Below, piece after piece: positions 15,706-24,698 of a stretch of 37,514 nucleotides of DNA. The notes under the pieces were generated by a model. The model had not been told where the DNA came from. It did no database searches and saw nothing but the letters and a program-made list of their open reading frames with translations. How positions within the stretch are numbered: position 1 is the stretch's first letter; every line of letters starts with the position of its first letter. The translations under genes were made by a program, and so were the position numbers. This DNA comes from an uncultured Chloroflexota bacterium. GTDB lineage: Bacteria; Chloroflexota; Limnocylindria; Limnocylindrales; CSP1-4. The stretch is from the NCBI GenBank assembly GCA_903930745.1, contig CAIYZX010000150.1, positions 1 through 37,514 on the forward strand, written 5' to 3'.

Positions 15706-18700
15706 GGCGCAACCTCTCCAAGCGTCTCGGCCGGGCGCGCACCGCCGCTCCCGTGCCGCTCCTTGTCGCCTCCGGGGACCGTCGCGCCGGCGGTGGCGGC
15801 GTCCCCCGGCGTCATCGTCGCATAGGCGCGCCGGTCCTGGTGGACGCTGGCGGGAGTCCAGGCGCGGCGCCCAGAGCGCGAGAGCTCCCGCAGCGCCCCA
15901 ACGGTCTCGGCGAACGATCCGTCCAGGGCGTCGTAGATGGACTCCGCTCCGTCCAGCGTCCCCGCCTTGCCCAGGCTGTCCAATCCCCTGGCGAGGGCGT
16001 ACATCCGCATGGCGCCGATCTGGCCACAGCCGCCCTTGAGCTTGTGGGCGGCCTTCTGCATCGCGTCCACGTCCCCGCTGTCGATGGCGTCCGCGATCCG
16101 TCCGAGGAGGTCCGGCGTCTCGACCGCGAACACGTTCACGATGTCACCGAGCACCGCGAGACCGCCTTCGTCGTCCAGCATGCCGATGCCGCGTAGCTGG
16201 CCCTCGTCAACGAGCGCCGACAGCCTGGCCTCCTGCAGGCCCTCCGTCACGGCCCGTGTCCCGCCGGACTCGACCGGCCAGGACGGCATGGCGGGTCGCG
16301 TGGCTCCGGCGCTCGAACCCGAGCCGGCCCCATCGGCTTCGGCACCTGGAGATGCCGCTGGGGCACCGGGCGCGTGTCGTTCGGCAACGGTCCCGCCACG
16401 GGGCCCGATGATGCGGACCAGGGCCTCGGCGAGCTGCGAGCGACTCACCGGCTTCGCGATGTAGTCGTCCATCCCCGCCTCGAGACAGCGCTCGCGATCA
16501 CCGGTCATGGCGTTCGCGGTCATGGCGAGGATGGGCAGGCGCGGCAGGTGCTCGTCCGCCTCGCGGGCACGGATCCGGCGCGTTGCGTCAAACCCGTCCA
16601 GCTCCGGCATCTGGCAGTCCATCAGCACCACGTCGTACGAGGCCCGGGCCAGCGCCTCGAGTGCCTCCACGCCGTCGCCGGCGATCTCCACGACGCATCC
16701 GAGCCGCTCCAGCAGGAGCGTGGCCAGCCGGGCGTTGACGGCGTTGTCCTCGGCCAGCAGGACGCGGCTGCCGTTGAGGCGGCCGGCGCCGGCGCCCGGG
16801 TCGTCGGCGTGCTCGTGGACGGGTGTCAGCGTGGCGCCCTCCACCGCGAAGAGGCCCTCCAGGATCCCGTGCAGCTCCGCCTGGTGGATGGGCTTGCGCA
16901 GGTAGGTCGCGATGCCGGCGGCCGCGGTGCGCCCGGAGATGGCACGTCTGCCTGGGGCCGCGAGGAGCACCAGGCGTGTGCCGGCGAGGGACGGGTCCTC
17001 CTTGACCAGCCGTGCGAGCGTGAAGCCGTCGGCGATGGGCATGGTCTCGTCCACCAGGCCCACGTCCACGGGCGCACCCGCGGCGATCGCCCCACGAAGG
17101 ACGCTGAGGGCCTCCGGGCTGGTCGCCGCCGTCATGACCGTGAAGCCCCATGACCGGAGCTGGTGGCCGAGGATCTCGCGCTGCGTGGCGTTGTCGTCCA
17201 CCACGAGGGCCCGCCGGCCCGCGAGCCCTGTGCTGGGCATGGCGGGGGCAGGCGCGGTCTCCGCCACATCGAACCGCGATGTGCACCAGAAGGTGCTCCC
17301 GGTGCCCACGGTGCTGTGGACCCCAACCGTTCCGCCCATCATCTCCGCCAGCTGGCGGCAGATCGCGAGCCCGAGCCCGGTGCCGCCGTAGCGGCGCGAC
17401 ATGCTGCCATCCGCCTGCGTGAACGGACGGAAGAGGCGAGGCAGCGTCTCCTGCGGGATCCCGATCCCGGTGTCGCGGACGGCGAACCGCAGCAGGACCG
17501 TGCCGTCATGCCCGTCGTCCTCGAGGGTCACGCGTGCCACCACCTCGCCCGCCTCCGTGAACTTCAGCGCGTTCGACAGGAAGTTGAGGATGACCTGCCG
17601 CAGGCGGGCGGGGTCGCCGCGAAGGCTCGCCGGGATGTCCTCGTCCACGACAGAGACGAGCTCCAGGCCGCGTGCCGCTGCCGGCTCCGCGAAGAGGTCG
17701 ATGGCGCTCTCGACAGTCTCCCGCAGGTCGAAGTCGATCGTCTCGAGGTCCAGCCGCCCGGCCTCGATCTTGGAGAAGTCAAGGATGTCGTTGATGATCG
17801 TGAGGAGGGCATCGCCGGACGTGCGGATCATGGAGATCAGCTCGTTCTGGTCGCCGGTGGGGTTGGTCTCCATCAGGAGGTTCGCCGCGGTGAGCACGCC
17901 GTTCATCGGCGTGCGGATCTCGTGGCTCATCGTGGCGAGGAAGGCGCTCTTGGTCCGGTTCGCGGCCTCCGCGGCGTCGCGGGCGCCACGCAGCTCGTCG
18001 GCCGTCCGCACCCGCGCCGTCACGTCGCGATAGAGCCAGAGATGGCCCAGGAGCTCGCCGTCGTGGCGGATGGGCAGGTAGTCCCGCTCCAGCACGCGAC
18101 CGTCAAGGAGACCCACCTCCTCGCCCGTCACCGGCCGGCCCGTGAGGATGAGCTCGTCCACGCCCTGCGCGAAGCCCTCGGCGTCCAGGAAGCGGCCCCG
18201 GATCGCGTCCACGATCACCGGCATCGGCCAGCCGTCAAGCATCCGCGGCGAGAACGGAAGGCCGAAGGCGCTGCAGAAGGCCTCGTTGGCGAGGACCGCG
18301 TGGTGGTGCTCGTCCTCGACGAGCACCGCGGCCTGCAGGTTCTCCACCAGCGTGGCAAGACGCGACGAGGTGGCCCGCAGGGCATCCTCACGCGCCTGCC
18401 GTTCCGTGATGTCCTCGCCCAGGGAGGTCACCGAGGTGATCCGGCCCTCGGCGTCCCGCTGGAAGGTGCGGTTGAACGAGATGAGGCGGCGCTCGCGGAG
18501 CCGCGTGACGACCTCGATCTCCGCGTGGAGCGGAAGGGTTCCGTCCAGCATGGCGCCACGCAGGCCCGCGTCGTACGCGTCCGCCTCCACCGGGTCGTCG
18601 GGGGCGACGAGCGTGGCACCAACGGTGCGGCCGATCAGCTCCTGCCGGGCACGGCCCGTGAGGGTGAGCAGGCGGTCGTTCACGTAGACGACGAGCCCTG

Positions 18701-20186
18701 CCTCATCCACGGTGAGGGCGGCCAGCTGGATCGTGTCCAGCGTCTCGCGGAAGCGCAGCTGGGTCTCGCCCAGCGCCTCCTCCGCATGCCGGCGGGCGGT
18801 GACATCGCGGGAGTTGGTGACGAGAACGGGCTGGCCGTGCTCGTCCTCGATACGCCGGGTCACGGACTCCAGCCATGCCCATCCCCCGTCGGCCGTGGCA
18901 TAGCGGAGGGCCACGGGAAGGCCGTTGGGGCCGTTCGCCGTGAAGGCCGTGACGAACTCGGAGATCAGTCTCCGGCGGTCGTCGGGATGGACGTGGCGGA
19001 GCGTCCGCGTGTGGAGATAGTGGGACGGCGCGTAGCCCAGCACGCGCTCCACGGACGGGCTCATGTAGACGAGGTCGCCGTGCCGGTCGATGATCGCCGT
19101 GATGTCCGAGGAGTTCTCGGTCAGCATCCGGTGGTATTCCTCGCTCCGGCGCAGGCGGGCCTCCGCCTCCAGGCGCGGCGTGATGTCCGAGATCGACCAG
19201 ACGCGGTGGGTCACCACGTCGTGCTCGTCGCGAACGGCGGTGATGACCAGGCGGGCCCAGAACGTGGACCCGTCGCGCCGCGCGACCTCGACATCGCGCC
19301 CGGGCTCCGTCGAGGCGCCCTCCGGCACGAGACCCGCGAGCGGGTTGGCATGGGTGACGAGAGCGGGGGCGGACCACCCGGTGAGCCTGCTGAAGGTGGG
19401 GCTCACGAAGACGACGGGCTGGCGGCCCGCGACCTCCGTGATGAGGATGCCGTCCGGCGACGACGAAAGCGCGCGGTCGCGGATGCGGACCTGGCGGAGG
19501 CCCTCCTCCCTGGCGCGGGCTCCCTGCCGGACCACGGCGAAGACGGCGGCACCGGACAGGATCGGCAGGACCACGCCGGCGACCAGCAGCAGGATGGCAA
19601 GCTGGCCGGCTCCCATCCGCGAGGCCGCGGCGATCATCTGCACCGCCACGTCGGCGTCCTTGGCCTCGGCTTCCACCCAGTTGCCCATGTCCTGGCGCAG
19701 CATGAGGAGTTCCGAGCGGACCGACTTCGGGATCGCGATCGACTCGTCCAGGGGCAGCTCGAGGAGGATGGTCGCGAACGCCGCCTCGATCTCGTTGATC
19801 CTTGCCACGTGGTCGTCGAGCGTCGCCAGGACCCCCGCTCCACGCTCGTCCACGGACACGTCGCGGATCACGTCGCGGAGGCCCACGGAGTGCGCCGTGA
19901 CCTCCCGCAGCGCAGCGAGCAGGCGCCCTCGAGCGCCCCGCTGGGACTCCAGCATGCCCTGGACCTGGGTGGTGACCTCCGACATCCCGGCATCCAGCTG
20001 CTGGCGCTGGGCGGCGATGTGCTCGTTGACGGAGGCGACATCGGCGGCGTGCTGCACCTGCACCGCCGTGTAGAAGATCGCCCCTTCGATCGTCGTGAAG
20101 AGCAGCAGCAGCACCACGAGCTCGAAGCGGCGTGCGCCGCGGGCACGGCTCCGGAACGCGGCCACGACCCCGCCGAGCAGGCTCAC
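15702..20186 (-). CDS. membrane-bound multi-PAS hybrid sensor histidine kinase (2 TM, ~4 PAS-like modules, HisKA, HATPase_c, REC, REC, HPt)
   Basis: 1494 aa with a GTG start. TM segments at aa ~21-43 and ~196-219 flank a ~150-aa outside domain, followed by PAS-like repeats at aa ~235-725. H-box FLATMSHEIRTPMNGV (H755) and G2 box GGTGLGLAICRQLAEMMGG. REC1 ALVVDDNA...GLVDETMP (D1046); REC2 VLLAEDNAVN...VLMDCQMPELDG...IAKP (D1190). HPt AAHKLKGGCGQIGA (H1381). Confidence 0.93.
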   Translation of the reverse strand: MSLLGGVVAAFRSRARGARRFELVVLLLLFTTIEGAIFYTAVQVQHAADVASVNEHIAAQRQQLDAGMSEVTTQVQGMLESQRGARGRLLAALREVTAHSVGLRDVIRDVSVDERGAGVLATLDDHVARINEIEAAFATILLELPLDESIAIPKSVRSELLMLRQDMGNWVEAEAKDADVAVQMIAAASRMGAGQLAILLLVAGVVLPILSGAAVFAVVRQGARAREEGLRQVRIRDRALSSSPDGILITEVAGRQPVVFVSPTFSRLTGWSAPALVTHANPLAGLVPEGASTEPGRDVEVARRDGSTFWARLVITAVRDEHDVVTHRVWSISDITPRLEAEARLRRSEEYHRMLTENSSDITAIIDRHGDLVYMSPSVERVLGYAPSHYLHTRTLRHVHPDDRRRLISEFVTAFTANGPNGLPVALRYATADGGWAWLESVTRRIEDEHGQPVLVTNSRDVTARRHAEEALGETQLRFRETLDTIQLAALTVDEAGLVVYVNDRLLTLTGRARQELIGRTVGATLVAPDDPVEADAYDAGLRGAMLDGTLPLHAEIEVVTRLRERRLISFNRTFQRDAEGRITSVTSLGEDITERQAREDALRATSSRLATLVENLQAAVLVEDEHHHAVLANEAFCSAFGLPFSPRMLDGWPMPVIVDAIRGRFLDAEGFAQGVDELILTGRPVTGEEVGLLDGRVLERDYLPIRHDGELLGHLWLYRDVTARVRTADELRGARDAAEAANRTKSAFLATMSHEIRTPMNGVLTAANLLMETNPTGDQNELISMIRTSGDALLTIINDILDFSKIEAGRLDLETIDFDLRETVESAIDLFAEPAAARGLELVSVVDEDIPASLRGDPARLRQVILNFLSNALKFTEAGEVVARVTLEDDGHDGTVLLRFAVRDTGIGIPQETLPRLFRPFTQADGSMSRRYGGTGLGLAICRQLAEMMGGTVGVHSTVGTGSTFWCTSRFDVAETAPAPAMPSTGLAGRRALVVDDNATQREILGHQLRSWGFTVMTAATSPEALSVLRGAIAAGAPVDVGLVDETMPIADGFTLARLVKEDPSLAGTRLVLLAAPGRRAISGRTAAAGIATYLRKPIHQAELHGILEGLFAVEGATLTPVHEHADDPGAGAGRLNGSRVLLAEDNAVNARLATLLLERLGCVVEIAGDGVEALEALARASYDVVLMDCQMPELDGFDATRRIRAREADEHLPRLPILAMTANAMTGDRERCLEAGMDDYIAKPVSRSQLAEALVRIIGPRGGTVAERHAPGAPAASPGAEADGAGSGSSAGATRPAMPSWPVESGGTRAVTEGLQEARLSALVDEGQLRGIGMLDDEGGLAVLGDIVNVFAVETPDLLGRIADAIDSGDVDAMQKAAHKLKGGCGQIGAMRMYALARGLDSLGKAGTLDGAESIYDALDGSFAETVGALRELSRSGRRAWTPASVHQDRRAYATMTPGDAATAGATVPGGDKERHGSGGARPAETLGEVAP

Positions 20187-21196
20187 GGGCGGAGGTTCCC
20201 ATCAGCGCGGCTGACCCGCGTGGCCGAGGCCCTCGCAACCCGGTTGCAGCCCGACGCCCGGGCGGCGTCCAGCGCCTCGACCGCGCCCTGCAGCCAGGTC
20301 TCCAGGTCGTCCGGGACATCCGTGGGCAGCTCGGCGACACCGGCGCTCAAGGTCACCGTGTCCGCGACGCTGCTCCGCGGGTGCGGGATCCGCAGCGCCG
20401 CGACGCCGGAACGACAGCGTTCCGCCACCGCCACACCGCCGTCCTCGCCCTGCTCCGGGAGCAGCACCAGCACCTGGTCCGCGGCGAACCGGTAGGCGCT
20501 GTCCGCGTCACGGAGGGCCTCGCGGACGATGCGCCCGAGGCGGCCCAGCAGCTCGTCGCGAGCGATGGGCCCGTGCTCCGCGCCGTAGCGGCGCAGGCCG
20601 TCGATGGACAGCAGCACCGCGGTGGCCCGGTGCCCGTAGCGCCGCACGCGCCCGCGCAGCCTGCGCAGGTCCTCGTCCAGGCGCAGCCGATTGCCAAGGC
20701 GAGTGGCGCCGTCCCGGCGGACCTCCTCGCGCAGCCGCTCGTCCCGCGCGCGCAGCTCCTCCTGCTGGACCGCGGCGCGCCGCTCGAGGAGCATGATCCG
20801 GTCCGCCGCGCGCAGCGCGCGGGCGAGGTCCGGTGCGCACACGGGCACCTGGAGCACCGCGTCAACCGCGGCGCCCACGACGTCGTCGGAGGCACCCATG
20901 CCGCCGCCCGCCGCCAGCGCGATGAACGGCGTGTAGGGCAGCCGTCGGTCGCGCTCAGCGTCCCGCAGCCCGGCCAGGAGCGCATGGGCCGGGGTTCCGG
21001 GCTCCGGCCAGCCGGCGATCACCACGTCGGCGGAATGCGATCCGGCAGCCGACCACGCCTGGCCAGCGTCGCGCACCTCCAGGGCCGTGTGGCCCAGCTC
21101 GCGGACGGCGGCGACCACGGCGTCACGGACGGCGGACGTCTCGCCCACCACCATCACGATGCGGTGTGACCCGTCCGCCCGGGACGCTGGACCCAT
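20183..21196 (-). CDS. pseudo-receiver + degenerate GGDEF domain protein (A-site AADQV, I-site RDAD retained); probable non-catalytic c-di-GMP-binding/adaptor protein
   Basis: Start placed at ATG 21196 (GAGGAA 4 nt upstream) inside track ORF 20183..21385. The REC-like fold lacks the conserved DD (VVGETS), the phospho-Asp (VVIAGWPEPG), Thr (ALAAG) and Lys (LQVPV). The GGDEF fold is recognisable (ATRLGNR...LLSIDGLRRYGAEHG...RDADSAYRFAADQVLVLLPE...TLSAGVA). GTGA overlap with the hybrid kinase start. Confidence 0.82.
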   Translation of the reverse strand: MGPASRADGSHRIVMVVGETSAVRDAVVAAVRELGHTALEVRDAGQAWSAAGSHSADVVIAGWPEPGTPAHALLAGLRDAERDRRLPYTPFIALAAGGGMGASDDVVGAAVDAVLQVPVCAPDLARALRAADRIMLLERRAAVQQEELRARDERLREEVRRDGATRLGNRLRLDEDLRRLRGRVRRYGHRATAVLLSIDGLRRYGAEHGPIARDELLGRLGRIVREALRDADSAYRFAADQVLVLLPEQGEDGGVAVAERCRSGVAALRIPHPRSSVADTVTLSAGVAELPTDVPDDLETWLQGAVEALDAARASGCNRVARASATRVSRADGNLRP

Positions 21197-21450
21197 CAGT
21201 TCCTCGTGCTGTCGCGACGCACGGGCGTGACGGCGGCCCGGCGCCACGCATCGTACGCGTGCGCGATCCTGTGCCCCACCCCACGGATGGGGGGATGGAC
21301 CCCTCTGGGCGGCGGTACATCCGGGGACGGAACGGACAGGGCCTCTAGGGGAGAACCCTGATAGGTGATCCGCGGTGCAGGGCATATACCTCGGACAACG
21401 ACCCGCGTCGTCGCCCGGCCACGACCATGCGCCGCAGAGGTGATCAACAG

Positions 21451-21954
21451 ATGACTGCTCTCGCCACCGCCCCCACGATCGCCGGCTCCAAGGGAGCCAC
21501 TGACGAGTTCCAGCTCGTCGTCTTCGAGCTCGGTGACGAGCGCTACGGTCTCGACATCGACAGCGTGTACGAGATCATCCGCCACCAGCCGGTGACCGCC
21601 GTTCCCCAGGCACCCTCGTTCGTCGAGGGCGTGATCAACCTGCGGGGCCGGATCATCCCGGTCGTGGACCTCCGTCGCCGCTTCGGCATGATGACCGGCA
21701 CGCTGACCAAGGCGTCCCGCATCGTCGTGTGCGAGGCCGCCGGGACCCGCGTGGGCCTGGTCGTGGACGGTGTCTCCGAGGTCCTGATGGTCAACAACGA
21801 GTCCGTGGAGCAGACTCCGGACGTGGCCGCGGGCTACGATGCGAACTACCTGCGCGGCATCGCCAAGCTGGGCGACCGGCTCGTGATCCTGCTTGACCTG
21901 GCCGGCCTGTTCGGCGAGGTTGACGCGGCGGCGATCGCCGCCAGCGCGGGCTGA
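21451..21954 (+). CDS. cheW: chemotaxis coupling protein CheW
   Basis: ATG 21451 is preceded by GAGGTGAT (21437-21444) with a 6-nt spacer; the track ORF starts 8 codons earlier. FQLVVFELGDERYGLDIDSVYEII...INLRGRIIPVVDLRRRFG is the CheW family core. Confidence 0.93.
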   Translation: MTALATAPTIAGSKGATDEFQLVVFELGDERYGLDIDSVYEIIRHQPVTAVPQAPSFVEGVINLRGRIIPVVDLRRRFGMMTGTLTKASRIVVCEAAGTRVGLVVDGVSEVLMVNNESVEQTPDVAAGYDANYLRGIAKLGDRLVILLDLAGLFGEVDAAAIAASAG

Positions 21955-22003
21955 TCTTCGCCCAGCCCCGGGCGGTACCCACCGAGGACATGGAGAGGAG
22001 CCA

Positions 22004-22510
22004 ATGAGCCCTGCGGATGCCGGCGGCGCCGGTACGCGCCAGCCAATGCGCGTCCAGCTCGTCAACTGCTACGTCCGCGCGGCCGCGGACGTGATCCACA
22101 GCGAGGGCAAGGTCGCCGTCAAGCGCGGCGGAGTCACGCTCGCCAAGGACGCCTATACCAGCGAAGAGGTCACGGCCATGGTTGGCGTCAACGGCGCCAT
22201 GGGCGGATCCTTCTTCCTCTCCATGTCCGAGGCAACGGCGCTCAACCTGGTTTCCGCCATGATGGACGAGCGCTGCGACGTCTTCGACGAGCTTGCCCAG
22301 AGCGGCATCGCGGAGATGGCCAACGTCGTCGCCGGCGCCGCGAGCATCGGCCTCTCGGAGCTGGGGTACACGACCAACATCACCCCGCCTCTCCTCCTGT
22401 TGGGCGCCAAGGCCAAGATCTCGGCCGTGGAGATCCAGCGCCTTGTGGTCCCCCTGAGCACGGAGCACGGCAACATCAACGTGCACGTGGCCCTCCGCGA
22501 GAACGGCTGA
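22004..22510 (+). CDS. cheX: CheX-type CheY-P phosphatase (CheC/CheX/FliY family)
   Basis: ATG 22004 preceded by GGAGAGGAG. Single E-x2-N site followed by Pro (GIAEMANVVAGAASIGLSELGYTTNITPP). About 168 aa, typical of CheX. Confidence 0.8.
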   Translation: MSPADAGGAGTRQPMRVQLVNCYVRAAADVIHSEGKVAVKRGGVTLAKDAYTSEEVTAMVGVNGAMGGSFFLSMSEATALNLVSAMMDERCDVFDELAQSGIAEMANVVAGAASIGLSELGYTTNITPPLLLLGAKAKISAVEIQRLVVPLSTEHGNINVHVALRENG

Positions 22511-22527
22511 AAGGCCAGGTCCCCCAC

Positions 22528-24696
22528 ATGCAGCTCACGTTCGACATCGACCCGGCCGACGTCCCGCTGTTCCGCGACGAGGCGCTCGAGAACATCGAGT
22601 CGGTGGAGAGCGGCCTCCTCAAGCTCGAGAAGGGCGGGGTCGACACGGACACCGTCCAGCTGATCTTCAGGGCCGCGCACACCCTCAAGGGCAACGCGGG
22701 CACGATCGGCCACAAGCGGATGCAGGGCCTGACCCACGCGATGGAGGACATCTTCGGCGCGGTCCGCTCCGGGGAGATCACGGAGCTTGGCGACCTCGCC
22801 GATCCGCTGCTCGCCACCATCGATGTCCTCCGCGACCTCCTCGAGGAGGTCGTCGCAGGCGAGGTGCTCGTGGACCCGGCGGCCCTCACGGCGGACCTGC
22901 GGGCGCGTCTCGCCGCCGCCCAGGCCGGCGGAAGCGCGGGCGCTGTTGCGGCACCGGATCCGGGCGCGAGTGGCGCCACGCAGGCCCAGGCCAAGGCCTC
23001 CGACCCCGTCCTGGACCGCCTCGTCCACGAGGCGCCGGAGGGTGCGGGTCCGCGGGCCGTGGTCCGGGTCGCCGTCGACGAGGCCTGTGAGTGGGCCGGC
23101 GTCCGCCTCTACCAGGCGGTCGTGGAGGCCACGGAGTCGGGCGCGCTGCTGGCGTGCGTTCCCTCCCGCGAGGAGATCGAGAGCGGCCTTGCGGACCGCT
23201 TCCTCGCCCTGCTCGTCAAGGGCGACGAGGCGTCGCTGGGCGTGCTCGGCGAGAAGCTCTCCATGATCGACGACCTGGGCATCGAGGAGGTCCTGCCGCT
23301 CGAGCGTGCGCTGGCCAACGCCGCGCCGGACGCCATCGGCAGGGAGCGATCCGGCGAGCGCGCGGTGGTTCCCCCGGACGTTGCGAGCGGCGGTGGCGCG
23401 GAGAAGCGCACCGTTGACCTGGGCGTGGAGGCCCGCGGCATCGCGGGCGAGGAGAAGGAGCGGATCGCGGGCGAGCGGCTCAAGGCCGCCAACCAGACCA
23501 TCCGCATCGACGTGTCACGCCTGGACGACCTGATGAACCTCGTCGGCGAGCTCGTCGCGCACAAGACGCGCCTGCTGCGCCAGGCGAACCTGCTGCACGA
23601 CAAGCTTGGCGACGACCCCATCGCCCGCGAGGCCGAGGAGGGCGCCCAGCAGTTCGGCCGCATCGCCGGCCAGCTGCAGGACCAGGTCACCGGCCTGCGC
23701 ATGCTGCCCATCGAGACCGTCTTCAACCGCTTCCCGCGCGTCGTCCGCGACGTCGCCGCGAAGCTGGGCAAGGAGGTCGCGCTGATCATCGACGGCAAGG
23801 AGACCGAGCTTGACCGGTCCGTGCTCGAGGAGATCGGCGATCCGCTGGGCCACCTGATCCGCAACGCGCTCGATCACGGCATCGAGACCCCCGAGGAGCG
23901 CATCGCCGCCGGCAAGAACGCCGAGGGCCAGCTCCGGCTCAACGCCCGCCATGCGGACGGCATGATCGTCATCACCGTCGAGGACGACGGCCACGGCATG
24001 GACCACAACGTCCTGCGCGCCAAGGCCGTGGAGAAGGGCCTCGTGACCCAGGAGCAGGCCTCGGCAATGTCCGAGCAGGAGGCCCTGGGCATCATCTTCC
24101 TGCCGGGCTTCTCCACCGCGCGCGTGGTCACGGACGTCTCCGGTCGCGGCGTGGGCATGGACGTGGTGCGCACGAACATCGAGCGCATCGGCGGCCGCGT
24201 GGAGATCAAGTCCGTCCTGGGCTCAGGCACGCGGATCACCCTGTCGCTCCCGCTGACGCTCGCCATCATCGGCGCCATGCTCGTCCGGTCCGGCCAGCGC
24301 GTCTGCTGCCTGCCGCTCACCGGCGTCGTGGAGACGCTGCGCGTGGAGGCCCACAGCATCCACACGATCCAGGGTCTGCCGGTCATCACGCTGCGCGACC
24401 GGGTCGTGCCCATCGCCCAGCTGGACGGCGCCCTCGGCGACGTTCCGCGCCCGCTTGAGCCCAACGATCGCGGCTTCGTGAACATGGTCGTCGTCCGCTC
24501 GCGCGAGCAGGAGCTGGCGCTTGCGGTGGACGAGTTCGTTGGCCAGCAGGAGATCGTGCTCAAGTCCATGTCGGCCTTCACGGGCCGCCTGGTGGGCATC
24601 TCCGGCGGCACCATCATGGCCGACGGCACCGTGGGCCTGGTGGTGGACATCGGCGCCGTCCTGGATCGCAGCGCGCGGTCCGGCCGGGCCGCCTGA
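22528..24696 (+). CDS. cheA: chemotaxis histidine kinase CheA
   Basis: 722 aa. P1 HPt FRAAHTLKGNAG, N-box HLIRNALDHGIE, G1 DDGHGMD, G2 SGRGVGMDVV, and a C-terminal CheW-like P5 domain. Confidence 0.96.
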   Translation: MQLTFDIDPADVPLFRDEALENIESVESGLLKLEKGGVDTDTVQLIFRAAHTLKGNAGTIGHKRMQGLTHAMEDIFGAVRSGEITELGDLADPLLATIDVLRDLLEEVVAGEVLVDPAALTADLRARLAAAQAGGSAGAVAAPDPGASGATQAQAKASDPVLDRLVHEAPEGAGPRAVVRVAVDEACEWAGVRLYQAVVEATESGALLACVPSREEIESGLADRFLALLVKGDEASLGVLGEKLSMIDDLGIEEVLPLERALANAAPDAIGRERSGERAVVPPDVASGGGAEKRTVDLGVEARGIAGEEKERIAGERLKAANQTIRIDVSRLDDLMNLVGELVAHKTRLLRQANLLHDKLGDDPIAREAEEGAQQFGRIAGQLQDQVTGLRMLPIETVFNRFPRVVRDVAAKLGKEVALIIDGKETELDRSVLEEIGDPLGHLIRNALDHGIETPEERIAAGKNAEGQLRLNARHADGMIVITVEDDGHGMDHNVLRAKAVEKGLVTQEQASAMSEQEALGIIFLPGFSTARVVTDVSGRGVGMDVVRTNIERIGGRVEIKSVLGSGTRITLSLPLTLAIIGAMLVRSGQRVCCLPLTGVVETLRVEAHSIHTIQGLPVITLRDRVVPIAQLDGALGDVPRPLEPNDRGFVNMVVVRSREQELALAVDEFVGQQEIVLKSMSAFTGRLVGISGGTIMADGTVGLVVDIGAVLDRSARSGRAA

Positions 24697-24698
24697 CG

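Noticed and set aside
17163-20495. 1110-aa plus-strand ORF (and 18703..20340 -545 aa, 15937..16464 +, 16374..17153 +) across the hybrid kinase
   Set aside because: Antisense or alternative frame of the 1494-aa kinase, whose H-box, G-boxes, two REC domains and HPt are all intact in the other frame. The composition is typical GC shadow (R/G/P/A/D).
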